From positions 64,001 through 128,000 of the forward strand of contig CAVXYC010000027.1 of NCBI GenBank assembly GCA_963765765.1: 64,000 bases of DNA, given 5' to 3'. Each line of letters begins with the position of its first letter. Positions within the stretch are counted from its first letter, which is position 1. The notes under the pieces were generated by a model, which saw only the letters and a program-made list of their open reading frames with translations, made no database searches and was not told where the DNA came from. The position numbers were made by a program, and so were the translations under genes. Shown in pieces: positions 41,279 through 54,119 of this stretch. Source of the DNA: an uncultured Chloroflexia bacterium. GTDB lineage: Bacteria; Chloroflexota; UBA6077; JACCZL01.

Positions 41279-41641
41279 TTGGCGCTCATTCTTTATGTAA
41301 GTACGTTCGGGTCTGATGATCCAACTCGGGCAACTCTGGCATTTGGCGACGCCCTCGGAGCGATTGAGGCGGGTCACCAGGCGATGATCGCCTTGGCCGG
41401 CGAAGCGACCTACCTTATGAAGGACAGCGTCGCGGCGGCCGTACAGGGCGTGGGTTGGCCAACCGTGCGTGAGCTGCTCGAGAAGGTCATCGAGCACAAG
41501 ATCCCCATCTATGTTTGAGGCACCTGCAGTGGCGCCCGTGGGGTGTCTGAGACGGACCTGACCGGTAAGAACGCGCAGTTCATGAACCCAAAGCTTTTCG
41601 CCAATCTGGTTGTTCAGGCGGATCGGGTGGTTAGCCTGTAA
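41279..41641 (+). CDS. DsrE-family selenoprotein (in-frame UGA at 41516..41518, UxxC)
   Basis: STFGSDDPTRATL...LAGEATYLM...KIPIYV-UGA-GTCSGARGVSETDL...ADRVVSL stop; UGA sits at the conserved Cys of the DsrE VCxxC motif. Confidence 0.85.
41519..41547 (+). promoter_or_regulatory. Bacterial SECIS-like hairpin
   Basis: GGCACC TGC AGTGGCGCCC GTG GGTGTC-type stem starts immediately after the UGA. Confidence 0.5.
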
Positions 41642-41643
41642 CG

Positions 41644-41898
41644 ATGCTCTGGATTTCAATAGGGGCGTATTTCATGGGGCTCGTTGCCGGAGTCTTCGCG
41701 AGCCAGGTACTGGACGTCCAGCTCCGCCGACCGGGAGTTAAGCTCTCGATCGTACTGGCGATGCTCGGCACACTCCTTACGATCTTCCTGATCAACACCA
41801 ATACCACGATGCCAGACTGGCTGCTCATGATCCTGTGGGTAGGCATCGGTCTGCTTGCTGGACTGGGAAGCCGGGACCCGCGCTCGGTAAGCATTTAG
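41644..41898 (+). CDS. Small 3-TM membrane protein
   Basis: Hydrophobic 84 aa, starts 2 nt after the read-through dsrE stop. Confidence 0.6.
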   Translation: MLWISIGAYFMGLVAGVFASQVLDVQLRRPGVKLSIVLAMLGTLLTIFLINTNTTMPDWLLMILWVGIGLLAGLGSRDPRSVSI

Positions 41899-41949
41899 CA
41901 CGTTACTGGGGACGCAGATGATGGCAAAGCCTCGGACCTCTGCCCGGTA

Positions 41950-43215
41950 TCAACCGTTTACTGCCACTTGGTGATTTGTTGATCGGCCCGCGAGCCACAC
42001 CAGTATCGCGGCGAGAATCATGGCTATTCCGGCTCCGGAATAGAGCCAGTGGAGTCCATACCCAACCATGAGGCCTGAGATGTAGGGACTCGCAGCCCAG
42101 CCCAGCATGCCGATGCTGGTGGCAACACCAACCGCCGTAGACCGTTGAGATGCCGGAGCCTGATGGGCCGCGGCGCTGAATGCCAGCGTGGGAACGGCCC
42201 CAGCAACGAGCGCGATGAGAATCCGGACCGCGACGAACTGCCACCACAGGGTCACGAATAGAAGTCCGAAGACCAGCACAGCCGCGATGGCCAGCGCGGG
42301 CGCGATGAAGGTAAACGCCGGGATGCGACCATCGAGTCGTCCGGCGAGATTTGCTGCAACCACCACAGCTAGCCCAGCGAAAGAAACGCCTGCGCCAGCG
42401 ATGAGCGTGAGCGACTCCTCAGGAGCGCCCAGCGGCCCGATGACCACGGGCAGCAGCGACATGAAGCTGCCGTCCACAAAGTTCGCGATGAAGAGCGCCG
42501 CCAATGGCGCCCAGAATCGCAACGTGCGAGGCCTGGCGCCTGAGGGTTCTCCGGCCCGTGGAGGCGACGCCTCCACGGGAGGCGGATTGCGATACATCAT
42601 TCCAGTGACGATGCAAGCCATTCCAAACAACCCCGCGGCCACGACGAAGCTCGCACGAAAGCCAAATACCGTCGCCAGCGCGCCACCCAGAAGCGGCCCG
42701 AGCGTCGGCCCGAATTGTTGCGCTGACTGAAGCATTGCGATCGCTCGCCCCAGCTCATGACGTCGGGATGACGCCGTGATCGCTGCCATCGATGCGACAG
42801 GTATCCCGCCGAACAGGCCGATAATGATTCGATCAAGGACCAGGTGAATGGGATGCGTCGCAAAGGCCATAAGCGCCGTGGCAAAACCAATGAATGCGAC
42901 CGAACGCATAAGCATGGCCTTCTGGCCTACCCGCTGACCGATCCAGACCCAGAGCGGCCCGGTAGAGGCAGAGAGAAGCGGCGAGACACCAATTGCGAGC
43001 CCAGACCAGGCCGCCGCCTCGGCAAGATCACCATCAATGAGTGTGTGGATATAGAGGGGAAAAATCGGCATTACAAAGAGAAAGCCGATCGATGCAATGG
43101 CCGAAGCGAGGCATGTGACCAGGACGTTCCGCCGCCGAGCGCTCGCCGGAAAACCGGCATCATCGCCCTGTTCGACGATTGTCGACTTCAGATTGGCGGT
43201 GGACTCTTCAATCAT
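41950..43215 (-). CDS. MFS transporter (DHA1/MdtG-like)
   Basis: ~12 TM, FVMPIFPLYI, GPTLGPLLGG, GRLDGRI. Confidence 0.88.
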   Translation of the reverse strand: MIEESTANLKSTIVEQGDDAGFPASARRRNVLVTCLASAIASIGFLFVMPIFPLYIHTLIDGDLAEAAAWSGLAIGVSPLLSASTGPLWVWIGQRVGQKAMLMRSVAFIGFATALMAFATHPIHLVLDRIIIGLFGGIPVASMAAITASSRRHELGRAIAMLQSAQQFGPTLGPLLGGALATVFGFRASFVVAAGLFGMACIVTGMMYRNPPPVEASPPRAGEPSGARPRTLRFWAPLAALFIANFVDGSFMSLLPVVIGPLGAPEESLTLIAGAGVSFAGLAVVVAANLAGRLDGRIPAFTFIAPALAIAAVLVFGLLFVTLWWQFVAVRILIALVAGAVPTLAFSAAAHQAPASQRSTAVGVATSIGMLGWAASPYISGLMVGYGLHWLYSGAGIAMILAAILVWLAGRSTNHQVAVNG

Positions 43216-43429
43216 GATGAGACGCTCTGATCGCTAAGTCGGCGAAGACTCATGGCGTCAGGTATGAAGGACATGCGAATACAGAACATACGGTAAGGGG
43301 GAGTTTAAGCTCCCTCTTACCGTATCACGACCATGCGCGTGCTGGCCTTTCCAGTTGCGGGACCGCCGATATCCGCTCGACTCGGCCGGACTCGGGCCAG
43401 CGACATTCCCTTCGGGAGGCACCGCGGAC

Positions 43430-44131
43430 CTAATTCTTGCCGCGCTCCCGCTCCGTTTCTTCCCGGTCACTCTCGTCTTCCTGGCCCTCGCTCCCACCAC
43501 TCGAAACGTCCTCGGCCACCGCGTTGAACAGGGAGGAGCCAAGAGGGAACTTTCCATTCTGCACGGCGCCCCTGGGCGTAACCCACCGGCGCTCTCCCGG
43601 GCCAAGCTGCTGGCCCGGGCCGGGAAAGTCCACCGTGCCATCAGCAACGGCAACAGATACGTCTCCGGCCGGGTCTCTCCGATGTCCAAATTCCGTCCCC
43701 CGGACGGCCGCCACCGTATTGGGCGTCTCGATGAGGTAATAGGACACAGGATCGGTGAACTGGATGACGCGGTGCACGGATGAGCCAACGATACTTTCGA
43801 TCCGGAAGCTCAGTGACGTGCCCTGGCGGGACATCTCGCGGATGATGATCGCCGCGTCCGAGCCCAGCTCAATCTCAGAGCCATCGAAGAACGTGACCAG
43901 GGCGCCGGAGCCCGCGAGGGTCGCGACTTGATCATTGACGCCCAGCATCAGACCACTGGGCGCTGGCGATAGTGGCGAACCGTCGGCCTTGAGCACGGCC
44001 GCGGAGCCGCGCAGCACCGTCAGGCTCGCACCGGTGTTGCGCTGAGCATGACTCGTCAACGGAGCGAACATGGTCACCATCGCGATGCATATTCCCAGCG
44101 CCGTGATTCCAAAGAGCCTGAATGCGCTCAT
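43430..44131 (-). CDS. FecR-domain secreted protein
   Basis: Signal peptide; VTFFDGSEIELGSD, IETPNTVAAVRGTEF, VAVADGTV; acidic tail. Confidence 0.75.
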   Translation of the reverse strand: MSAFRLFGITALGICIAMVTMFAPLTSHAQRNTGASLTVLRGSAAVLKADGSPLSPAPSGLMLGVNDQVATLAGSGALVTFFDGSEIELGSDAAIIIREMSRQGTSLSFRIESIVGSSVHRVIQFTDPVSYYLIETPNTVAAVRGTEFGHRRDPAGDVSVAVADGTVDFPGPGQQLGPGERRWVTPRGAVQNGKFPLGSSLFNAVAEDVSSGGSEGQEDESDREETERERGKN

Positions 44132-44215
44132 GCCCTGCCACCTCCACACCACCCGAGCGGCGTCGCCGAATCCTACACATTCAATTGAAGGGCGGCATCC
44201 CAAGAGCCGCGGCTT

Positions 44216-45415
44216 CTAGCTGGTAAGAGCTTGTCGCAGATCGCCCGACGAAGTTGTTATGACGTCAATTAACCTTCGGTCGAAGACGGATGGATCCTTG
44301 AGCCCGTGACCGGTGAGGATAAGTGTGACCCGCTCCGACGGCCCTACAAGGCCTCGGCGAAGCGCGCTGGTGAGACCGGCGAGGCTGGCGGCTGCATCCG
44401 GCTGAACAAACATGCCTTCCTCTTCGGCCAGGAGCGCCTGAGCGGCCTCAATCTCACGATCAGACACGGCAATCACCATCCCGCGTTCACCGACCCTCAG
44501 CTCACGCAGCAAGCGCGCGCCACTGGGCGGGTTTGGGTTGCTGATGGCGTGCGCAATCGTATGGGGCTGGCCCACACTCGCCGGGATCAGTTGAGATTCG
44601 TCGTATGCCGTTGCAATGGGTGCGCATCCTGTGGATTGGACGCAGAGCAATCTCGGTAAGGACTCGCAGAGTCCCGCCTGCGCCCACTCTCGAAAACCTT
44701 TCAGGAGTGCCGACGCATTTCCTCCTGAGCTTACGGGCACCACAACGACGTCCGGCGGCTCCTGAGCACATTGCTGAAGAAGCTCCAGCGCGAGTGTCTT
44801 TTGACCTTCGACCCGAAACGGATCGTCCGAGTTGATGAAGTAAGTACCGGTTGTCTGTCGAAGTCGGATCGACGTGTCATAAGCGTCACCGTAGCCATCG
44901 GTAAGGCGGAGCAGAACAGGTCGGTGGATGCCAATTGGACCGAGCTTCTGAGAAGGAATGTCCGGACTCGTGATGACCGTGCAGGGCAGGCCAGCTCGCG
45001 CCGCGAATGCCGCGACCGAGCCTCCCATGTTGCCCGTGGAGACGGTGCCAATGCGCCGAATCCCGCGAGCCATACTCCAGGCCACACCGGCCACGGTGCC
45101 ACGATCCTTGAACGAGCCGGTTGGGTTCTGCCCTTCCACTTTCAGGCTGAGCGAGCCGATTCTCAGAATCGCACCAATCTGCCTGGCACGTATCAGAGGC
45201 GTATTTCCCTCTCCGAGGCTCAGATGAGGGTCGATGTCGGAGAACGGCAGGAACTCCTGAAATCGTTCAAGGAGGGTTCCATTTGTGTGCAGCCGTGCAT
45301 CGCGCACGTCTCCTCGGACTTCGACCGGTTCATTGCAGACCTGGCAGCGCTGAGTCAGGCTGTCAATCGCATAGTTAGCGCCACAAGCGGTGCAGACGAG
45401 GGAGGCGTTTCGCAT
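44216..45415 (-). CDS. thrC: Threonine synthase
   Basis: SLGEGNTPL, EGQNPTGSFKDRG, STGNMG, EGQKT, VPVSSGGN, ILTGHGLKD. Confidence 0.88.
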   Translation of the reverse strand: MRNASLVCTACGANYAIDSLTQRCQVCNEPVEVRGDVRDARLHTNGTLLERFQEFLPFSDIDPHLSLGEGNTPLIRARQIGAILRIGSLSLKVEGQNPTGSFKDRGTVAGVAWSMARGIRRIGTVSTGNMGGSVAAFAARAGLPCTVITSPDIPSQKLGPIGIHRPVLLRLTDGYGDAYDTSIRLRQTTGTYFINSDDPFRVEGQKTLALELLQQCAQEPPDVVVVPVSSGGNASALLKGFREWAQAGLCESLPRLLCVQSTGCAPIATAYDESQLIPASVGQPHTIAHAISNPNPPSGARLLRELRVGERGMVIAVSDREIEAAQALLAEEEGMFVQPDAAASLAGLTSALRRGLVGPSERVTLILTGHGLKDPSVFDRRLIDVITTSSGDLRQALTS

Positions 45416-45458
45416 GACGCGATTGTATAGAAGGGCCTCAGACAGCCCGGGCGACTGT

Positions 45459-47603
45459 CTATGGGTTCGCGTTAGGAGCGGATGCGATCATCCCCGCATC
45501 CGCTTCGGCGTCTGGTGGAACCATCGGTAACCGGACGATGAAGGTAGCTCCACCACCTGGTGTCGGCTCGTAGCGAATCGTACCGCCATGCGCATCCACG
45601 ATTTGACGCGTGATGTACAACCCGAGTCCAGTTCCCTCGATGGGACTCTCACGAGCCGTCACGGTCCTACTGAACGGACGAAAGAGCATGTCCCGCTCGT
45701 CCTCGGTGATGCCCATGCCATGGTCTGCAACACGGAGCTCAGCCCAGTCGCCCGCTCGGTCAAGGACGATGTCAACATCACCACCATCCGGACTGTACTT
45801 GACCGCGTTTGAAAGCAGATTCGTCAAAACCTGGTCGAGCCGGGACTCATCTCCCTGAAACAGCAGCGCGCCAGTCGCGAGACGTAGATGGATCTGATGC
45901 CCTGAGTCCTCTGGTAAAGCGTCGGTCGTTCTTTCAACAGCGGCCGAGACGAGCTCATTCAAATTCACCGTTTGCCGGCGAATAGTTGGGCCGCTCCTCT
46001 GCAAGCGCGACACTTCCAGAAGATCGTTGATGAGGTCACCGGCGCGGTCAACCTGTCGAATCATCCCTCGAACGCTCCGCTGTAATCGCTCAGTGTCCTC
46101 GCCGCCTTCTCGGCGGCTGAGAACACGGTCAATCATCTGCGCGGCTAACGCCAACGCAGTCAGTGGCGTCTTTAGCTCGTGGCTGGCGGTTGATAGGAAC
46201 TCGTCCTTCTCGCGTTCCATACGCAGGCGAGTGTGCACCGCGTCGGTTGTCTCCACCGCGATGACCAGTACCCCATCGGGATGCCCGTGGACGTCATCGT
46301 ATGGGGCATAAACAATCGTAAAATAGCGCTCTTCGTTCGTGGAGCTCGGCGTTGCGAACATACGCGCCTGGTCGATCGCCGTGAATTCACGCCCTGTCGG
46401 TGAATGCCTCATTGAGACGATCGACCAGGCCTTGCTTGATGACTTCAGGAAAAATCTCCGCCATCGTTTTCCCCACCATGTCTGTGCCGGGCTTCAACAT
46501 CTGGTAGCTTGGGTTGACGGATAGCACTCGATGATCGGGCCCCTGGGTAATCGCAATCGGGATAGGCGCTGAGACGATCAAGCGTTCGAGAAATCGGCGT
46601 CGCTGCTCATTCTCGCTGGTCACCACTTCCAGCTCGGCCGCGTAGCGCTCACTGGCCGTTCGGGCCGTTCGCTCCCGCTCGTACGATTCAGAAAGGCGGG
46701 TGCCCAGGTAAGCTCCGATCGTGATAGCGATGCACGCGGCAGTGGCTAGGAGGCCCGCTCCAGTGGCGAGGTCCCGCCAAGCGGCGTCCAGTGCCAGCGC
46801 GGTGGGCTGCTGAATGAGCAGCGCCCACTGCGTACCCGGAACAGGCGCATAGGCGCTGAGAATCTGCTGGCCATCCATATCTCGATCGACAACGCTTCCC
46901 GCCGCCCCACCAAGCGCCGCATCGACGTCATGTCGACCCCGAAGAGACGGCATCCGCTGCACGACCGAAGGGTCCGGGTGCAAGATGACCTGGCCGGCGG
47001 CATCGACGATGAGAATCGACACACCTCGTTCCGCGAGGTGCGCCTGGAGGTCCTCGCTGAGCCGCTGCATCGACACGCTTCCAACCAGCACAGCCGGCGG
47101 ACCTTCTGTGAAGTCCTCACGCGTGGCCAGTATCAGCGTTGGCTGCTGGGAGATCCGTCCCTGTAAAGCAACTCGGCTGACGGCGGTTCGCTGTGCTAGC
47201 GCGTCTCGGAAATATTCTCGGTCGCCTATTTGAACAGTGCGTGACGGAAGCCCGGATCGCTTGCGGCAATGTTCCCACCGGAGTAGTCAAAAAGTATGAG
47301 CTGGCTGATATTGGACTCAGCATCCACCAAGTCCCGTAGCTCTTGTCCTTCCACGTCAGCGCCCTGTCTGAACTGCGCGGAAATGGCCTGGCCAGCAAGG
47401 CGCAAGCTCCTGAGATCGGCGTTGATTGATTGGCCGGCGGTCAATGCCGCGGCGCGTGCTAGCGCGACACGCTCCGTGCTAACTCGGTCCTGCGCTTCGC
47501 CAACGCTCTGCCAGAGGTTGACAGCGGCCAGCAATAGCAGCGGCAAGCTCACCAGAGCGATGATTCCGAATACTCGCGTGCGCTCCGACACGCCAAATGT
47601 CAT
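45459..47603 (-). CDS. Sensor histidine kinase (Cache-PAS-HisKA-HATPase), several frameshifts
   Basis: Pieces 47226..47603, 46387..47091, 45459..46412; FLSTASHELKTPL, NLLSNAVKYS, GTGLGL. Confidence 0.85.
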
Positions 47604-47672
47604 GGAAATCTCAAGTCAAGAGCTGCTGGCCGGACATTCGCCGCGCACACGTGGCTCGTGTCAACTCGCCAG

Positions 47673-47886
47673 TCAGGGATTTCGTATCGTAATGACCACA
47701 GACCGGCCGTTCGGTGTGGAGGAGGCAGACCATAGGATTGTGCCAATGACCACCAGCAGCACAAGCGCGGCCGCGATCATGGCTATGAGACTCTGGCTCT
47801 CTTTTGGCCTCTGTGTTTACCTTCGAAGGGCTCGCATCGATCACCGCCCCCTCTGCCGCTGTTTCGGAAATAGTCTCAGCACTCAA
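47673..47886 (-). CDS. Small single-TM protein (frameshifted)
   Basis: MSAETISETAAEG.../...LIAMIAAALVLLVVIGTILWSASS. Confidence 0.35.
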
Positions 47887-49447
47887 TGAGAGTCGCTCCC
47901 CCCAGGAGTCAATCGAAACGCCCCATACCGTCGGCCGCTACCTGATGCCGAAAGCTCTATGGCCCCGGTTGCGGTGATATTCGCCAATCGATCCACCTGT
48001 TGCCGTTTTCGAACATCCATGATTACGACTGCGCTTTGCCCGTAGCGCGGCGTATTCCCGGATACCATCGGCATTGAGCTTCGCCACTTCATACCGCAGG
48101 CCACGCGCCTCGAGCAGCATACGTAACGCCTTCAGGTCGTTCCCTCCGCCGGTGAGCGGCTCTTGCTCCAGAACCTCATCGAGAAATACGAGATCGCCCG
48201 ATTGGAAGAGAGCCCTGGCGCTATCTGCGAGCGAGTAAAGCGGAGCATTTGTCCGATCATCCGCCAGTACTTCCTGGTAGTACCAGTGAAGGTGAATGAG
48301 CGGGAAGCATACAGCGAGCACGCCGAGACTGGCTCGCACGGTCCGCGCCGACGGAAGTCTCTGTGCAATCCAATCGATTGCTACACCGATAGCAATGAAG
48401 CAGAACGGCAGCAGCGGTATAAGGTATCGCCCGCTCAAAATGGGTCCGTAACGCGGGATTGAAATAGGGGAGAACCAGGACGGCTGACGCGCAAAACAGG
48501 AGCGGCAGCCACATATTGCGGGCTGCCAGTAGCCCGAGACCGAGAGCAGCCGCGAGACTGTAAATGAAGCGCGATGGACTGTTGGCGATATCGATGGTGC
48601 CGCTGAGCAGCCGTGCAAGCGACTGTAGCAACGCTTGCATATTCGTGAGATAGAAGGTCAGATCCGCTCGCTTGCCTTCGGTGTAGCCCTCCTGCAAATG
48701 CTGAGCATGGACGAACGAATAGAAGTTATTTTGAACGTTGTAGAGAATCATGTTGCTGTAGCCGATAAGCACCCCGGCTATCGCACCCAGAATCCATGGG
48801 CTGACGAGAAGTTTCGGCCGACCAATCAACAGCGCCAAGCCTAGACCGGGTGCAAAGGCAATGACGGAAATGTGTGATTGCATCGCCAGGGCAAAAAGAA
48901 ATCCCGCGGCGACGAGATACCGGCCGTTGTCGCGCTGAATCGCCCGTAAGAGCACCCAGACCACGAGCATGAGCAGCAACGGGGTCGTTCCATTGGAACG
49001 CGCCGTATGACTGGTGATGATGATGTGGCCACCAGATGTGAGCATGAGGGCAGCGCCCACGAATCCGGCCCATCGCCCCGCGATCTCCCGGCCGATCAGG
49101 TAGGTGAGCCCGACCGTGGCCGCTGCGAGAATCGTGGCGACCAGTCGTGGGGCCCAGTCGGAGATCCCCACGACTTTAAACACAGCGGCGAGCAGGTAGC
49201 TCCACAACGGACCGTAATACGAATCCACCGCGGTGAGCGGAAGAATCTCACCGCGCGTGATCGAAAGAGCCCAGAGGATTTCCTGAAGCTCATCCGTCAG
49301 CCTCGGTATGTCCCAGAGGTACGGAAGCCGCAGAATGAATGCGAAGAGAGCGAGACCGCCTGCGATGAGGGCATCGCGGGCGCCCTCCGACGCGATCATA
49401 GGACCAGCCCTGGGACGAGCAGCGCTTTGCGCTAGGACACCAGCCAC
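47883..49447 (-). CDS. GT39/ArnT-like membrane glycosyltransferase (frameshifts)
   Basis: LRLPYLWDIPRLTDE, PLTAVDSYYGPL, SHTARSN, GRYLIPLLP; paralog of 56049..57740. Confidence 0.75.
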
Positions 49448-49489
49448 GAGGTTAGTCTAACGATACAGGCCCCGCCGCGGCCTCAACAG

Positions 49490-49543
49490 TCCATCACGCC
49501 GTAGAGCGGGCGGACAGGGACGCCCGCTCTACGGCGTGATGGA
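49490..49543. repeat. 23-bp perfect inverted repeat (GTAG-type REP-like/terminator)
   Basis: TCCATCACGCCGTAGAGCGGGCG-GACAGGGA-CGCCCGCTCTACGGCGTGATGGA. Confidence 0.75.
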
Positions 49544-49551
49544 GGATTTCG

Positions 49552-50547
49552 CTATTTCGACCGCAGCTTGGGCAGTACCTGCTCGGAGAACTGCTTGATG
49601 AAGCGCGTCTGGTCATCTCCTGGATGATGGAACACCAGGTGGGTGAAGCCGAGGTCGAGATACGGCTGAATGGCCGCCACCACCTCGTCAGGCTCACTGG
49701 CGACAATCCAGCGCTTATGAGCATACGGCTCCGCGAGCCGGGCTTTTTCTTCCATATCTCTGGGATTGTCGATACCCACCTTGTCTTCCGGCGCCAGCGC
49801 CAGAGCAGCCCAGATCTTGGTGTCCTCCATGGCCTGATTCTTATCAGAGTCATAGGAGACTTTAATCTCGATCAATCGCTCCACCGTACCTTCAGGTCGA
49901 TTGGCTTGAGCCTCGCCCTCTCTGACCGCTGGAATAAGCGTCTCGCGATACAGCTCCCAGTTTTTTCCGCTGGTGCAAATAAATCCCTCAGCCTCGCGCC
50001 CAGCGAGTTTGGCCGCCGCGGGGCCGGCCGCCGCGACGTACACCGGCACTGGCTTCTCCGGTCGATCGTAGATCGTGGCCTTGTACGTCTTATAGAACTG
50101 ACCTTCGAAGGTGACCAGATCATCCGTCCAGAGCTTTTTCATCAGCGCGATGGCCTCTTTGAGACGCGCAAATCGCTCCGAAGTGGCTGGCCACTCAACG
50201 CCGGTGGCGGTCACCTCGTTCATCCCCTCGCCCGTGCCAACGCCTAGGAGAACTCGATCGGGGAACATAGCGCCCAGTGTGCCCATGGCCTGCGCTACGA
50301 TCGACGGGTGGTAGCGAAACGTGGGTGTCACCACGCTGGTTCCGATGGCAATGGACTTCGTAGCCTGCCCTGCCGCGCCCATCCATGAGAACGAGTACGG
50401 GGAATGGCCGTCTGTATGCCGCCACGGCGAGAAGTGATCGCTTACCCAGACGCTGTCAAACCCATGCTCCTCGGCGAGCACGCTGAAATCGATGAGCTCC
50501 CGCGGCCCGAACTGTTCGGCCGAGGCTTTGTATCCAAGCTTGAGCAT
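49552..50547 (-). CDS. fgd: F420-dependent glucose-6-phosphate dehydrogenase family
   Basis: LKLGYKASAEQFGPREL, SDHFSPWRH, GTSVVTPTFRYHP, LGVGTGEGMNE, FICTSGK, LVFHHPGDDQ. Confidence 0.88.
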   Translation of the reverse strand: MLKLGYKASAEQFGPRELIDFSVLAEEHGFDSVWVSDHFSPWRHTDGHSPYSFSWMGAAGQATKSIAIGTSVVTPTFRYHPSIVAQAMGTLGAMFPDRVLLGVGTGEGMNEVTATGVEWPATSERFARLKEAIALMKKLWTDDLVTFEGQFYKTYKATIYDRPEKPVPVYVAAAGPAAAKLAGREAEGFICTSGKNWELYRETLIPAVREGEAQANRPEGTVERLIEIKVSYDSDKNQAMEDTKIWAALALAPEDKVGIDNPRDMEEKARLAEPYAHKRWIVASEPDEVVAAIQPYLDLGFTHLVFHHPGDDQTRFIKQFSEQVLPKLRSK

Positions 50548-50642
50548 GTGTTAGTTCCTTTTATCGACTGCCCCGACTCTCACGACAACCAATTCGGACT
50601 GTAGCACCCACCCCCAGCACCTTCAAGTCACGTGCCAGCGCA

Positions 50643-50824
50643 GGGTGTGCCCAGAACTTGTGCAACCCGTCCGGGCAGGGCAGTGACTTGTGATAGGACT
50701 CGCGGCAGGGGTGGGACAGGCACCTCACCTAACCGGTCTCCGCTTTCGCCAGGCAGAACGGACAGGCCAGGCGCCTCTCTCACGAGTACGAGCCGAAGAA
50801 ATGTCACAAGTTTTGGGCGCACCC
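50643..50824. mobile_element. 182-bp MITE, IS256-like ends
   Basis: TIRs GGGTGTGCCCAGAACTTGTG / GGGTGCGCCCAAAACTTGTG (18/20), flanked by direct repeat GCCAGCGCA at 50634..50642 and 50825..50833. Confidence 0.85.
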
Positions 50825-50852
50825 GCCAGCGCATCCGGTCGGCCAGAAGCCA

Positions 50853-51380
50853 TCAATCTTTGAGCCCAATCTCCGTGATGAGCTCATAGCCGCAGAGATC
50901 GGTACGGCGCCCCAACCCCAACTGGTCGAGCTCCGACCGTTGGGACAATCGCCAGAGCGACATCAGAGAGACGGTTCCAGACGTCTGGGCCATGTCGCGA
51001 AATTGCGCCTGCGGAGGAGTTGGGAATCCCGGCGATGAAGAATCAGTCATTGCGCGCGCCAAGAACTGCCCCGTTCCAAAGCTCTGAACCGCGACCGTTG
51101 ATAACCATTCCTGGACGGCAGTGTTTTCCCACAGCGGTGTCGGGGGGCGATTCGCAGCGAACGCCTTCGCCGCGTCCGAGGCGCGGTAACGAGCGTGAGC
51201 TTCGGCATCCCGCCATGCACGGGTGACCATGTACTTCGAGAGATCGCTCACATCCGCCCACATCTGAGCACTCAAAAAACCATCAGCCTTCGACATCAGA
51301 CAGTGAAGGCGACTGAGACGTTCAACTGCCTGGTTACGCAGATTTGGAGACACAGTCTTCAACTCGAGATGGACGTACAT
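50853..51380 (-). CDS. Antibiotic-biosynthesis-monooxygenase (ABM) domain protein
   Basis: MSKADGFLSAQMW...YMVTRAWRDAEAHARYRAS. Confidence 0.65.
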   Translation of the reverse strand: MYVHLELKTVSPNLRNQAVERLSRLHCLMSKADGFLSAQMWADVSDLSKYMVTRAWRDAEAHARYRASDAAKAFAANRPPTPLWENTAVQEWLSTVAVQSFGTGQFLARAMTDSSSPGFPTPPQAQFRDMAQTSGTVSLMSLWRLSQRSELDQLGLGRRTDLCGYELITEIGLKD

Positions 51381-51463
51381 CAAATTTCTCCCTGGCAGTG
51401 TCACTAGGCGCGAAATTTTCGAACCGCCTGAGCGGCGAGCCGCGTCGTCCGGCGGCCCTTTGA

Positions 51464-53579
<2,116 letters not shown>

Positions 53580-53603
53580 GAACTCCGTTACACTGGCCGG
53601 GAC

Positions 53604-54119
53604 ATGGCTTCACCGGCACCCATCCCAGCTCCGGGCGACATCCTCACCGTCCGGAAACTGCTCCATGGTGGAGACCCTAGCTATGTCTGGGATGGAACCG
53701 TCATCCACTCCACGGACGAACTGCTTGTCATCGAGGCGAGGTTCACGCGCGGACCGCGCGATCTCGGTTACGTCGTGCTCGAGCCCAACGATCTATTCGT
53801 CGAGTTCTATTACTACGACCACTGGTTCAACATCTTCCAGATCTTTTCTGATGGCGGCGTACTGAAAGGCTGGTACTGCAACATCGGGAGACCACCCACG
53901 CTTCATCCCGGCGAGCTTCACTACATTGATCTGGCACTTGATCTCTTCGTGTATCCCGACGGTCGTGAGGTCGTCCTGGACGAGGACGAATTTCAGGAGC
54001 TGAGTCGGGAAGCGTACGCGCAAGCCGATATTGACGGCGCAATTCAGGGTCTGGCAGAGCTGCAGAACTGGACACGCGATCGCAAGCTGCCGGATCGCAG
54101 CTTGCTTCCCACGTGGTGA
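53604..54119 (+). CDS. DUF402 family protein
   Basis: EFYYYDHWFNIF, GWYCNI, YIDLALDLFVYPDG...LDEDEF. Confidence 0.85.
   Translation: MASPAPIPAPGDILTVRKLLHGGDPSYVWDGTVIHSTDELLVIEARFTRGPRDLGYVVLEPNDLFVEFYYYDHWFNIFQIFSDGGVLKGWYCNIGRPPTLHPGELHYIDLALDLFVYPDGREVVLDEDEFQELSREAYAQADIDGAIQGLAELQNWTRDRKLPDRSLLPTW

Noticed and set aside
50643-50824. 6S RNA or riboswitch upstream of fgd (about 180 nt with long terminal stem)
   Set aside because: The terminal stem is bounded by a perfect 9-bp direct repeat, better explained as TIRs plus target duplication; no convincing riboswitch consensus
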